Below are positions 24,541 through 38,222 of a DNA stretch of 64,000 nt, piece by piece (within the stretch, counting starts at the first letter, position 1; every line of letters begins with the position of its first letter). The DNA comes from Podarcis pityusensis. Its lineage: Eukaryota. The position numbers were made by a program, and so were the translations under genes. The stretch is from the NCBI GenBank assembly GCA_964106645.2, contig OZ067038.1; one strand, written 5' to 3'. The notes below the pieces were generated by a model that was given only the letters and a program-made list of their open reading frames with translations, was not told where the DNA came from and did not search any database.

Positions 24541-27500
24541 CTGACCAATCCAGGAGGGAGAGAAAGAAAAGGCGAAAAAACAGAAAGCAAAGAGAAGATT
24601 TAGAGAAGAAAAGCACAGGCAATTATAATACACAGCCAACTAGGCCTTAGCTACGCTGTGTGTAATGGTATAAGTCAAGAGAGTCATATTTGCTCAGAGA
24701 CAGAAAGCACCCCAGTGATGCATTTGGCTTTACTACAACAGTATGTACAGTTGGAAACAGAAGACTAGGTACTGTCAAGTAAACCTAGAAGGGCAGAGGC
24801 ACTAATGGATACAACCGTGAAACAGCTTTACAAGATACAGCAGGGAGCTGAATAAGGAGGACATTGGTAGGACTCTTTGTGTGTGCCACTGATATGCACA
24901 CATGCTGTCCATGCACACCCTGCTTTCTGTAAGCACTCTGCACATGAATGGAATGTGTTCTCCGGCACCCTAAAAATCCAGCGTGCACTGTGCTCATTGA
25001 CAGCCTCCTGGAAACTCATTACAATGTCTAGTCCTGAGGTTATTTAATCTATAGTAATATCACACATTTAAGAGAGAAATGTTTTACACTCTTAGCTTTT
25101 GAAAGCAAGCTGGCTTTAAAAAAAAAGAAAAAGCATCTACATCTGCCTGCCTGCCTAACAGAGGAAAAGAAAACAATCACAATTTGGCAAATCTCTCCCA
25201 GTTCCTCTGTTAAAACTGGGTTGGGAAAGCACAACTCTCTGAAATATTAATAAGCAGCTATAGCTGACCATAAGCCAAAGATTAGCATGGGGAACAGTAA
25301 AGAGAAAGGGCCACTCATTTAAGTAGGCTATTAAGAAGCCTAAGCTTTTGTCTTCCTCAAACACACCAGAATGACTCTGTAGGCCTCAGAACAATTATGC
25401 TGTCTGTTCCTTGCACATTAAAAGCCTTTGCTGATTAGATATTTATATGTATAGTTATCCATCCAACTGCCCCAGTCCCTTCAGACTTCAGGTTGCTTCA
25501 ATACACCTCTGAATAGAAACAAATGAAGGATGGAGCAAGTGCTTTTTCTAGCACAGGTACATGGACCACACAGCGGGTGCATGCTGCTGGATATGTCCAC
25601 AACCCACTAAACACACGCTACCTTTCCATATGCCACAATATATACATTTTAATAACTGGGGTTTATTTCCTTCTCTCATTTAAACAGGGAGAGACAATTC
25701 TAGCGAAATCCTCATGGGTGGGTTGCAGAGTTTTTGATGAACTTACTTTACTTCTGTGGTGGATGAGGGGTGTTTTTGATGGTCCTTTCATTCTGCAAAG
25801 CTAGCTCACCAATGGCCTGTGCCCTGCAGCCTTCCTGCGCCCTGCAGCTTTCTGCAATTCAGTTACAGCTCAGGGAAAGGCATCATGAGGTAACTCCTCC
25901 CACAGAGTTTTTCCAAGTTAGGAAGCAGGGCAGCTGAAGGGGCTGCAGTGTGCTGGCAAAATGTTTACAGAAAATAAAAGGAAAAATGCAATCCTACCCT
26001 GCAATAAAGCAAGCTTAAAACTCAAGGAAATACTCAAGTCTCCTGAGAATGAGGTGGAAAAAAGGAAAAGATATTTTGCAAGGAAAGAAAACTTTGGAGA
26101 AACTGAAGGAGAGTTTTTGGCACAGCACTAGTCTGCATGATCTAAGCAGTGCTGCTTCCAACAGAGAGAATAAGTGCTATCCGAAAAATTATTAACTCTA
26201 CACAGGGGGAGGAAAAAAAGGGTGGGAGCATGCAGCCTCAGTTATTCAAGATTCACGGCACAATTTTCTAAGCATGTTTACTCAGGAGTAAACTCAGGCC
26301 ACTGTGTTCAATGAGCCTTACTCCCTAACAAGTGTACTAAGTAAAAGTTTTTTAAATGAAATGGTACACTGCTTTCTTTTTAAAGTGCTGCCAACCAAGC
26401 AAAACACTGCATTAGAGAGAAGCGAAACTTGCTTTCCCAATAAGGCCTTAAGCATTATGAACATTATGAAATTGACATTAAAAATATCGAAGACCATTTT
26501 GTAAAATTAAAAACTGGCATATTTCAATTGCCTCTGAGCCATGATAAAGGATGTACGGTATCATTCTGACACTTCATATAATCACAAGAGTAGGGGCTGT
26601 TCTGAAATGAATGTTTTAATTCACATCCAATGGTAGGAGATTTAAAAGAAAAACCCATTTTAAAAGAAAAAGGGATAAAAAGGTGCATACTGTTGGTAAA
26701 ACTGTATCTCATGAATGATCACCAGGATTAAAGGTTATAGGGGCCTGCTTAAGCTTCCACTGATACCCTGGAGCCTGTAACTGCTTGCAATACAGAGTTC
26801 TTCTGATGAGATACAAGACAGAATAGATTCTTGCGAGTTCTCCTGATGTAACTGTGCTGGGTCTGCAGGGCAAAGAGGCATAGATAGTGGCACTGATGTT
26901 TTATAATGAAGGAGAGAAATTCAGCAGACCTGGCAGAATATCCATATTGCATAGACTTATCAGGTACTAGTTTAACAAGTAAGGGTTGGGGGCAAGGAAG
27001 GAGAGATTTATATACACCAGTGGCTCAGTTAGTTTGGTGTATTCCTAGATACTCGTGTGATCAAAGTAATTCCAGAACTATATGGTACATATTCCTATTG
27101 ACTGTACCAGTGGGTCTGTAGATACTATTGTCTAAGACCACCCCACTCAGAACCTGCAGTCTTACAGCTTACTCACTGTCTGGACATATTGTAGATACAT
27201 CAGCTGAAGGCTAAAGTAATAATTTTTTAAATAAAGTGAAGCAGTATGTATGGGAATCTGAATTCTGATTGGGTTTAGCACCCTGCACACTCAGGCTTGA
27301 ATCCTGAGGGTTCCCTAGATTCATTACTGCAACTCATATTCCATTTTGTGGGGGCTGTTGGGATCTTTCTAGACCAATCTGCACATAGAACAAGAATCAG
27401 ACAAGACCCACTTCTCAACAGAGGACCCTGCAACGGTCCCCCCAAGCACATCTTAGGACCCAGAAAATCAGTGTACCCGAAGAGAAACCTTAAGTCCCCA

Positions 27501-30500
27501 GCACAGGAAAATGGGAACCCTGAGAACTGGGGGATCTGGAGGATCCTTACCTTAACCCTGTCATTCTGGGTCCTGCTATGATCTGGGTCAGGGATAGTAT
27601 TCCAAATGTTGGACTACAACCCCATCAACTCCAGCAAAATGGGCAGGGTTGATAGGTCCTGTAGTGTGATATCTGAAGGTTCTATATTGGCTACCTTGTA
27701 ATTGCAATTCATATATTATCACCTCAAACCTAGATGAATTTAATGGGAAGAATTCAGCATGGTGCTAGAGAGATTGTTCTGGTGTAAGAATCTCCCCTCT
27801 CCTGCCATGCTGTTCTGGTGGTTCTCCACCCTCCCCCCAATTGGGGCAGGGGGAGGATGGGGGTCAAACTTCGCTGCTCTAGTGGAAGTCCTTATGCGGG
27901 CATCTGCTAGCAGGACCGGTTAGTTGAATCTGGCCCAACGTTTTACTTTAAAGGTGGGTTGGAATTTCCAGATTGAAAGCTGGCTGTCATATTCAGCACT
28001 AGCAGTGCTCCCAGTTGCTGCACTATTGCTTTAGGGACATAATTCAGGGTGCTAATTTTGATATATAAAGCCTTACCCCAGTAGCCCTTAAAGGCCACCT
28101 CCTCCCTTATGCAACTCCCAAGATTGACTGAGGTAATCTGTTTAGCAATACAATCAATGGGTGAGATTCAAACAGTAAGGGAGCACAGGGAGATATTCTC
28201 AGTGGCTGAACCACAACTGCAGAACTCTCTTCCCTTGAAAATGTTCAGAAGCCCAAGACAGGATGTTGTTGGGAAGCATTGTTCTACGGCCTTTCCCCCT
28301 TTTTCTTTTGGAAGGTAGGGTGTCATTACTGACTTAGGAGATGGTTTTGGGGGTTTGATAATGAAAATAACCCTAAAGGAAGGAGAGTGAAACATAAAAA
28401 AGAAGTAAAGAGAAGAATACACACTGGGGGCAACCTTAGGATTCAGAGGAAAAGCTTGCACAACATATCTGAAGGGCAGGAAGTCCATAGGGGGAAAACA
28501 ACCTTGAAAAACACTGCAGAATCAACTTGACGTCTGTCTTATGAAAGGTTTTCCACCCCAAGAGATTGGTAGAAAGCAACAAGGTGTACTGGAGAAAGTA
28601 CGCAATTTTACATCATGTTGTAGACAAACAATGACAATCATTCTCTATATCTAAAATAAACCCATGGATTTAAACAGAATTGTCTCTCTGTTGACCAGTG
28701 CTGCAATTCTATTTCCACTTAACTAGGAGTAAGCCACACTGAATTCAACAAGACTTATTCCTGAGTAGCTATGTATAGGATTGCATTGTAAAACATGCTT
28801 ATACACCATCTCAATTTGTATTAGAGGCTCTAGCTTCTACAGGGGATTTCTGAAGCCCCTATGGGCTAAATTCTAAGTCAAAATACTAGTGGACACATAC
28901 ATACAGCCCAGTTCAAACAAGTCCCATGATTCAGGACTTTGCTGAATTGAGGCCCTGCTGCAAATCAGCATAGCTCCATCATCTGCCACACATGGTGCAA
29001 TGCTTTTTTCTTTTTTAAAATGTCAGATTTATAGAAGGTGATAGCAAACAGAAACACCAAGAGAATAAAAGTTAGGCAACCACCAATTCCATTATGTTTC
29101 TATTGGCTTGTGGCTCAAAGGCAGCTCTCTCCATGAATTGCTTCCTGTGCCTGCAGTCCTGTACACTAGGGAAGGCTAACCTTTTTTATGCCCAAGGGCT
29201 GCGTTCACCCTTGGCCAACGCTGCAAGGGCTGCATGTTGTATACTAGCAGTGAGTATGGCCACCCCATATTCTCACTCACCAACACAGGTAGGCAAAATG
29301 CCCTCCTCAGCTGGCCCATGCAGATCAGCTGAGAAGGTTGATTATTATCCCTCCCCATTCATATGACCCATCTGATGACTGGAGTGGGAAGATTTGCTTA
29401 CCCAATAGGGTGATGAGTCTACTTTAACAAGATACCAATGAGAAAGATCACAGAGTTTTGCCTAAAATGTGTTTGAAACCTGTTCAATGTATCATTTTTA
29501 TGGTAGTTTTTGGACTCAATCCCCAGGTCTGTGCTGCCACAGTAGAATATGGTCCCTGTCACCCGCAGATAAAAAAGCATTATATATATATCTGTGAAGT
29601 TGATCAAGGTGCTTTAAAGACCTTTTGTTTACATATTTTTCTTATATCTTAAGTTCCTTTGCATTAACAGATACATCCTCAGGATAAAGACTGAACTAGC
29701 AAGTAATGCTAGGATCCCACTCTAGTTATCCTTTTACATCTAATTGTTCTAGAATGTGTATGGATAGAGAATGTGAACTGGTACAATGTGGCAAATGCTT
29801 CTCCAGTTTCTTTGAAGTTTTCTTCCCCTGTGAAAGAGGCTTCCATTTTTCTGTCTCATTCTCAGGGCACTAGAAAAACAATTTCTTTCAAATTTTGGTG
29901 GGTATTGAGATTTTGAGCTAACTTTATTATTGCAAGGTAGCGGAGGTTGGTATGTGTAAACCTTTCTGCAGCACTCTGCAATCTCCCCAGCTGCCTGTGC
30001 TTCCTAATCTGAAAAAGGCTCATGGGAGGAGTTATCTCATAATGTCTTCTCCTGAGCTTTAACTGAAGCATGGACACCCGGGAAGGCTGCTGGAGTGCAG
30101 ACACCACTGGTGAGATGATTTGTGGAATGAAAGAAAGGACACCTAAGAATATCCCTTGGCCACTGCAAAAGTAAGGTGAGTACAGTGAAATCACGGCACC
30201 CAAACAATAATAATTTCACAGATATGTTCCATCTCCTCTGATAATTTTCACATGTAATTTATTTTCTCAATAATTGATGGGAAGGATAAAGCTGATTAGC
30301 CATATCTGGGCATTCAATCCACATGGCGACAGTTGTGCGGAGTGGGAGAGGACTGCTGTGCAGAACTGCCCCCCCCATCGTATCCTCAACAGCCCATTCC
30401 CTGTTGTCCATGCGGTGGGAATAATGCCTGCAGAGGGGATGCTCATAGGCTCCCCGCCCCCAATTTTTGGTTCTAGCTCATGGAGGGGGCATATGTGCAA

Positions 30501-32938
30501 CGAGCAAACTTTAAACATGCTCACCAACATGCAGGCAGAAAGCAGGAGGGAGGTCCTGACTGAGTTGTGATGGTAGGGCCAGGGCCAGTAGGTATGGCTC
30601 TGCTCCCCTGCTCCACACCATTATATACGATATCTTTCTTGTCATTGTCCCATGCAGAACAATGAAATTGAAATATAATTGCCCAAACAAGGCAACTGGA
30701 AGCTGACTTTAAAAAACACGCACATGAAAATGTTTTGGATGGAGGTGCCTGTTTAATGTTTGTAAAGGTTAAAATATTATGCACAATTTGGATTATTATC
30801 AATTTTTTCTTCTTAAAGACATGTACTGCTAAACAGAATGTTAAAAAGCAGATGGAGTCATGCTGCTTTACACCAGAAGGGGATATGGGCTTATCCATTT
30901 CTATGAGCTTATCTAGGCTTTCCCACAAATAAAATGATACACATTACCTAGACATGTCAAGGTATAATATCCAGTCCTCAGAACTGTTAAACGAATTAGA
31001 TTCATTAAAAGATGCAGCAACAGAGTAAGGAAGCACATTTATGCAACATTTCAATCATGGGGCCACTAAGGGCTCTTCTGCAACGGAGACATCTTGCTCT
31101 CAGAGCAAAAACAATACAGAACTTTAGAGTGGCCACAGAGCATAAAAGCACGGACGATTAAAATAAAAACGCAGTTCATTATTTTTTACAACTTTTATTA
31201 TGTTTACTGCAGGGTGCCATCCAATTGAACTCATTAATTCAGCAATTATATTGGAAAGGGGGGAAAGGCCTTAGGCTTTGAGTTGCATCCAAACTGCCTA
31301 CTAAGAATGCCTTTACTTCTACCCAGCAGTTCTTAAAGAGAGAGCGAGGCACAGAGAAAGGCAGCACATTCACAAAGGATCTCACACAAAAAGAAGGGGA
31401 GAGAGAAGGAAGAGAGAATATGGTGGAAAAGAAAGAAAAGGATCCCATTAAGTCCCTTCCACCACTCTTTACTGCCCTGACTGCTGTTGCATCAGGGTTG
31501 CACTACTCAGTTTTCACACTTCAAAACGGCAAGGGCCATATCACCATCTCCAGTTAAGAGATCTTCTCAGTTCAAAATTTAATCTAGAGCTCCTGATTAT
31601 TTCACTCTGTGCCTTAACCAATATAAGATCATTTCAGCAGCCAAGAAAGCAGCAATCTGGAACGTAGCAGAAAATGCTGTGCAAATTATGGAGGATTATT
31701 TTGCACTTAAGAGTGCCTAGAAGGGAATCTCTGGAGAAATGTTCACAGGCAAAGTACCCCAAAAAGGCATTTAGTCATATGTAATTCTTCAATGACATTT
31801 TTGTTAAAATTACTTTGGGTCTAATGCAATTGAGAAAACACATTATTTCTGAATGGCTACTGTATTTCCTGTGTAGCCCTTTCTGACCTGTTATAGAAAC
31901 TTCCATCCCTACACCAGCCTCCACCTTCTACTGTATTAGTTACTTCCTACTAGGCTCCAAAGAAAGTCAGAAAGGTCAGCAGTTCACTGTGACTTTGAAC
32001 AATATATGAAGTCAAGACACTGCTTAAGTTTTCCAGGCTGTTTGCTCTATTGACCCCAAAGAGAGACACAGGGTCCAGTGTATGTAAGATTGCTTGAAAA
32101 AGCTATTCACTAAAGCCTATGGAAAGGAATATGTTAAATACATGAAGAATTGGATGTTGGTTTTCCTTTTTAAGACTTTTCCTATGAAGTGAGGGTGGAG
32201 AGGAATGCACTGAAGGACTGAAAAAAATTATGCACTGGGTTTTGTTTTCTTAAAAATCCTTATCAGACAAACAACCCATTTGTTTTCTTGAGCACCTGCA
32301 GTTTCCTAAATCAGGAGTAGCTAACCATTATCAGGCTGTGGGCTGCACTGACCAATGGTCAACACCCGGGGGATAACGTGTCCAAGTGTAAAAATGGCCA
32401 ATTGATTTTTTATAGAGTCAAATTGTGGGGAATCTTTGGGTGAGGTCACAAAGGTCTTTTGCCATGAGAGAATCAGAGTGGAAAGAGCAGTCAGCAACTT
32501 TAAAAGAATTAATGAGACTTTTCTCTTTTTGAGTGGGGTGGGGTGGGGTGGGAATTGGAAGCCACAACAATATTCAGCTCCATAGCATAACAGCAGGAGA
32601 TTCACAAGAACAGTAATTAAAAACAAAAAACAAAACACTGTTTATTTTATTTTTTAAAATGACAAATTTTGGGTGTCCAAAAACTCCTCTTGGGGAGTTG
32701 TATGAGTCCTATGCGCTAGCTACCCTTTTCCTAAATGTATCCCTTAGCCTAGCACTACCCTTGAGGGTGTATATTAACTGCCCTGACACCTTGTTTGTGA
32801 CCTGCTGCAACCAGAGTGGTATGAATTCATTTGTTAGGAGTGCTAGATAAAGAACATTCTGTCCCACTCTGATCTATTGTCAAGCACACAGGAAACAAAT
32901 CGGTGCTGATACTAATAGTACTGTAGTGAGTTACTTAC

Positions 32939-32987
32939 TCTGGGGAAGATTCTGGAGTTAAATTCGACATCTCTTCTGGCGTTGGTA
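32939..32987 (-). CDS. BRSK2: BRSK2 coding exon (~exon 15, 49 nt): (V)PTPEEMSNLTPESSP(E)
   Basis: Acceptor gtatatatag|TACC, donor CAGA|gtaagt; translated by hand. Confidence 0.95.
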
Positions 32988-34759
32988 CTATATATACATA
33001 CACAGACAGAGACAAAGCATAAGAGGAGGAGAAAAAGGAAATGCTGATTCCCAATTCAAAGTCAATAAACGTGGAATCAAAGTTCACACAGAATATATTT
33101 CAAGCACTTCATTGTTTTAATATCAAATAACTTATTGTTTTAATATCAAATAATTGACCCACACTGCTCCTATATCCACTTGTACCTAACTTGAACACTT
33201 ACATACTGAGATTTCATAGTTTGGCCTGGGCTCTTAAACTGTATCTATTCAACTTAGAATTGATGACTGTTGTGAAAGTAATTTGCAGCATAATTGTATC
33301 TGCCAAGATGTCTGGGGCTGAGTTTTACTAGTAGCATTGAAATAGTTCTATAATGCACAAAAAACTAAAAACTGGTATGCTGCACACTTAGCCCTACAAC
33401 GCTTTGATTATGTGCAAAGTCTGTAGATGGAATATTATTACCCTTTCCCCTTGAAACAGAGAATAAGAAATCTGCCATATACTACAGCAGACATTTCAGC
33501 AAAGATACAAATGAGCTGGAATGCTGAGCTGTGGAAATTTCCTATTTGCATATTTTATCCAACCTTGAATTAGGAAATAAAAGAGATTTCCAGTAACAGA
33601 CAGGAATGTATTTGCTCATAAACATATAAAGCAGTAATTGTGCCTTTATTAACATGAGTCCTCATGGAGTTCCTCTCCATCCAAAAAACAACAACAATGC
33701 ACATCAGTGAAGACAGCACCTTGCTCAGAACTCTGATCATTTGTGTCTTCATTACTCGCTCCGACATGAAAGGAAGCTGAAGAAGGGAACTTTGTAAAGT
33801 ACTTTGTGTGGTTCACGGAGCTGGGTTAATGTTATTTTGCCATATCATTAATACTACAAATACAAAATACTGAAAAGACTATGGGCCTCAATGATTCAGC
33901 AAAAAGGGAGCAGCTCTAAGTTTTTCAGAGATGAGGTTTTTCATTTAATGCTGTGTCATAAGCAACATGCAAGAGCTTCAGTTAATCATGCTTTGTACAC
34001 ACACTTCTATATAATGCTGGCCTATTAAGCGGTTCCCTGTAATGAATACTGGGAGGGAGGACTATCTCCTTAGAACAGATACCAATGAGGTCAATTGATA
34101 AATACTGCACAGGGCAAAGTTGTAGCAAGAATTGTGCAAAAACCCACTAATCATGTAATAGGGTATAAATAAAGTCAGCCTGGAGCTATATTCTGCATAC
34201 ATCAGTTCTTCCACGAAGGGTGTCAATTCTTTAAAAAACCATTTTATCTCTGTGGACCATATAGCATCTTTGTTCACTTGTCTGTATCTGTAGGTCTGTC
34301 TTCATGAAGAGTGAACTTTAAGATTATCTCCTGTTTTGAATCCTTCCCAAACCCTAGCCATCACGTCAATAAATTAAAAGTGCTCAACTTTCTCAGAAAA
34401 CGTGTAGTGGCTGCCTTAATCTTGAATACATATAGAAATGCAATATGATAGGTGTTTCTTGAAGATCTGGGCCTATGAAGGGGGTGGGAATCATGTCATG
34501 AAATAACTATAGATGGAACCCATTGTTTTCTATGGGTTTTCCTAGCTTTCTAAATGCCGTGTCTCAAATAAATCTTAAGGTATCAATTAAAGAAATAAAA
34601 ACATGTTCAGGAACAATTTAACTGGAGGGAGATGTTTTTACCCTGCTTCCACATGCGGGCCACCTCTGATTTGGAGAAGCTCAAATCTGAGGAATATAAT
34701 TGAATCTGCAAGTATTGCACACAGCAGCTCTATTTGCACATACTTCTACATCATTGTTT

Positions 34760-35101
34760 GTTTTAACCATGGTTTCTTCAGCAAATCACCAGCAAGCTTA
34801 GATTAGTAAGCAAGCCATGGTTTGCTTCTCCAAAGCATGGTTTGTTTTCCAACTGCTCTTGCCTCATGCTTCTGTATCTTAGTGAGTGTCTGGCCACACA
34901 CATCATGATGAAGCAAATCTACTGAGTTTGGACACAATGGTTAAAACAAGCCACAATTTGAAAGCCAAAACAAACCATGGTTTCACACACTTGTTTGCCA
35001 GGAAACAAACCATGGTTAGTCTGCTAAGATGGACCCAGATATTCAAAAAGCCACACTTTGGCTAGGCAAACCATGGTTTAGTGACATGTGTGAACCAGGC
35101 C
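34760..35101. mobile_element. Degenerate palindromic non-autonomous DNA element rich in AAACCATGGTTT motifs (related copy at ~58370-58720)
   Basis: Six aaccatggtt-like palindromes; ends with gtgtgaaccaggc. Family not assigned. Confidence 0.5.
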
Positions 35102-35250
35102 AGTGTGTGCCTCAAGTCAGAAACAACTGTAGAAGCGCAGTGCAAGTACCAAAGTCATGAGTAGAAGGCACAGGATGGAGAGATTGGATAGTATAACAAC
35201 ACTTGTAATCTTAGTATAAAATCTGGTACTTTTGTCTTGTGCAGGTAGTC

Positions 35251-35425
35251 CAGGGATGTCCAACTTCCAAGAGACTGTGATCTACTCACAGTATATATAT
35301 AAAAAAACTGGCAGTGATCTACCCATAGCTTTTTGGGGGGGGGGATCGACCTGGGGGGTGGCGATCTACCTAGGACACCCCTGTGATCTACCAGTAGATC
35401 GTGATCTACCTGTTGGACATGCCTG
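35251..35425. mobile_element. hAT-type MITE with 8-bp TSD AGGTAGTC
   Basis: Terminal inverted repeats CAGGGATGTCCAAC/GTTGGACATGCCTG; AGGTAGTC at 35243-35250 and 35426-35433. Confidence 0.88.
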
Positions 35426-35980
35426 AGGTAGTCTACTGGGGGAGAGAGATGTATGAATAGAGACATATTTCCTAATGATGACCCATGTGAGAAGAGGTCT
35501 TCTGTAAAAAATTATATAATAAAATTCCATAGGTGTACTCCCTTAAGTCAACGGTGCTTTGCAGCTTGTGCACCTTGGTAAATAATTACTGACAACACTA
35601 TATGATGGGAGTTGTAGCCCTGACAAACCTCTGCATTACACTTAGCTCTTGCTTCTCAGTGGGCTCCATCTTCCATCAAGCATCACAAACAGTATTATGA
35701 CTTGCAGAAGCCTAACTAGGTTTTCCTGCTGAGAAAATTTAAAATTGGTTTTCCAAGCTCAGGGTCAGGGAAAAAAAGGGGGAATGAAGTTCATATGGTA
35801 ATTGACACACACTGGAAGAATTGCAACGTGTTCATTGTTTGGTTAACAGCAGTGAAACAGCAACTTTCAAATTTCCTTCTATACTCTCTGTATTTTCTAT
35901 TTACTAACCAACCACTCTTTACACTGATATGTACTTCTACCTGCCAACCTAACACCGCCGCATTTTGAGATCAGATGTAC

Positions 35981-36188
35981 CTTGCAATTTCCTGCGATGG
36001 AAGCGTGGAGATCCCAGGAAGCTGTTCTTGATCGAGTTGAGCCGTGTTCTCCAGGGCATTCCTCCAATGCTGGGGCTGGATGGTGGCGTAGGGTTGGGTG
36101 TGCCTGCTGGGCTCTCCTTTGGCGTATGGACAGGTGTCCCCTTGGGGGTAGGGAGGGGACTGCCCCTTGGAGAGGGGTGAGGGGTGAC
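35981..36188 (-). CDS. BRSK2: BRSK2 coding exon (~exon 14 short form, 208 nt): [69 protein letters not shown]
   Basis: Internal acceptor ccccatcatacag|GTCACC, donor CAAG|gtacat. Confidence 0.96.
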
Positions 36189-36593
36189 CTGTATGATGGG
36201 GATAGATTTGGTGCTTGGGTCAGTACTAGAAGGGAGCAATCTAACAGGAGACATAGGGTTGGTTTGCATGGTAGGAACAGCCAGCTGCGGGCTAAACCCA
36301 GGAGCAGGTGGACGGCCCTGAGTGTTCTGTGCAGGAGAATTTGGGGAAGGAGGGACTGTAGCATTGCTAGAGGGCAGGGGATTGGATTTGGTAGACTGGA
36401 GTGGTTTTTCAGCCAATCTGCTCTTGGATGGCAAAGTCTGTGTCTTTGGATTGGGTTGAAGTGCTGGCTTTGGCTGGAGAACATGTCCGGGCCTGGAAGC
36501 ATTCCTACAAGCATCGGAGTCCAGGGAGACTTGGGGGCGGGGGGTGAAAGGGAGGTCAGGAGTCTGAGGGGGGATGAAAAATTTTCTGATAGG
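36189..36593 (-). CDS. BRSK2: In-frame 405-nt (135 aa) 5' extension of BRSK2 exon ~14 from an upstream acceptor: [21 protein letters not shown]...[25 protein letters not shown]...TKSIPIIQ
   Basis: Acceptor ctgtgtgtatcttgtag|CCTATC in phase 0, no stop over 405 nt, continuous with ORF 35949..36434. Confidence 0.8.
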
Positions 36594-36595
36594 CT

Positions 36596-36825
36596 ACAAG
36601 ATACACACAGAGAAAGTACCCATGCATTTCAAGAAAAGCAAAACGCACACGCACATACACACAAAGTGGGTGAATAGAGAAACAAAGCCCATTTGAGTTG
36701 CGGTTGTGAGCCACATCACAAGGAGATCAGAGTTATGGAGGTGAGGGTGAAGGAGGTGGGGGGTTAGGGAATTGCAAAGAAACAAAAAACAAACACAAAC
36801 AAAAAACAAAAAGACATGCAGTTAG
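36596..36825 (-). promoter_or_regulatory. AG-exclusion zone with candidate distant branch points (CUAAC at 36821-36825 and 36763-36767) and RBFOX motifs (UGCAUG at 36815-36820 and 36621-36626)
   Basis: No AG dinucleotide on the minus strand for ~230 nt upstream of the 36593 acceptor; the distal CUAAC is followed by UGCAUG and a U-rich tract. Confidence 0.65.
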
Positions 36826-38195
36826 CTGGGAACACAGCATAGTCAACAACAGCAGCAGTGGCGGTAGTGAAAACAACAGTTTTGTCACAAGCTTCATCAT
36901 ATTAACCAACCATGTGTCAGCAAATAAAAAAACCACAGAGCAAAAACTAACATGAAGGAAAAGAAAATAAGAAACTAAAAGGGTGGGCAAGGGAGGGGAA
37001 GCAGCAAGAGAGAGCAAGAGAGAGCAAGAGAGAGCGAGAGAGAAAAGGCCGTACCCCTGAGCTGTTCTGACTGTCTCACAGATAGAGAGAGAGAGAAGAC
37101 CAGGGCTGAAGGGAGGTGGGGAAGGGGAAGGAAGCATCATTCAAGCCACAGGGGAACCTGACACGTAAGCATGTAAGGCTGAGTGTGCCCTCTCTCCCAG
37201 CTCAAAACGTCTACCACAATCAAAAACAGCAAGGAAATGCAGATCAAAATAACATGTGTGCAGCAGGTAATGATAGAAGCACACAGATTACTACACACGT
37301 CGACTCTCCTCAGCCAAAGCACCACAAGTTTCAATAACATGGAGAGAGGGTGTGTGTGAGGCTGAGGAGGGGAAAGCCTCTATCATTTCATCACTATTCC
37401 TTTCCTGGCCTTCCACCCAGAGGGAGCCAGTTTTCTCTGGCAGGCTTTACTATATGAAATCTTAACAGCTCATGGAACCATGGGCCAGTTTGGGCTTCAA
37501 ATTTTAAGAGATCGTGGAACTACGGCCACTTTAGGGTTTAAGTAAAATACCCCAAGGTCACCAAAGAAGGTTTGCTTTCTAAGTGCCCCTATTACATCTA
37601 AGTCCTCCCGTCATCAGACAGTCTTATACTTTTAAAAAACATAAGAGAAAAACATTCCTCAGTTTTTATGACACAGTACCAGAATTCCATTCTGTGACTG
37701 ATCATTGTGTTTTATGCAGTAACCCCCCCCCAAAAAAAAATTCATAATCAGCCATAAATGAAGTCAGAAAAGGGGATTATGTTGTTTTGTAAAACAACAA
37801 CAAAACTTAAATAGCAAGTGTTAGAGTCAAGAACAGTCCCAGAAAAACTTTAAAATAGAAATTCAATACACTCAGGGAACAAAATGCAAAAAAGAATACT
37901 GTTAGAATAAAAGTATTTTTTTAAAAAATGCAGAACATATTCCTTTCATAGAGAATGGATTAGGAAAAAAGTAACAATAAAATTGTATTTACTGTTCATT
38001 TGTGAATGAGTGCAAGCTCATTAGAAGAATCACAAATGTGTAACAATGTATTGCCCTGCAGTTTGGGCAATTAACTTATATAAGAAGTGAAAATTGCATA
38101 AAACTGTGATAATTGCATATAACTGTATGTAAGAACAGAAGCTGAATTGACTAAGAACCGAAGAAGTGTAAATGAACTGGTTCCCTGCCTGCATC

Positions 38196-38222
38196 GTGTG
38201 TGTGTGTGTGTGTGTGTGTGTG
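38196..38222. repeat. (GT)n microsatellite in a GT-rich low-complexity tract
   Basis: Seen directly. Confidence 0.9.

Noticed and set aside
33111-33153. 20-bp direct duplication (attgttttaatatcaaataa x2)
   Set aside because: Ordinary slippage duplication with no evident function.
35982-36677. 231-aa + strand ORF (and the 205-aa alternative-frame minus ORF 35897..36514)
   Set aside because: Shadow ORFs of the C-rich, Pro-coding BRSK2 exon; non-ATG starts and no recognisable protein.
37040-37345. Several AG/GT pairs upstream of the AG-exclusion zone
   Set aside because: The candidate exons are ambiguous, out of frame or stop-containing with weak donors, so no single call can be supported.
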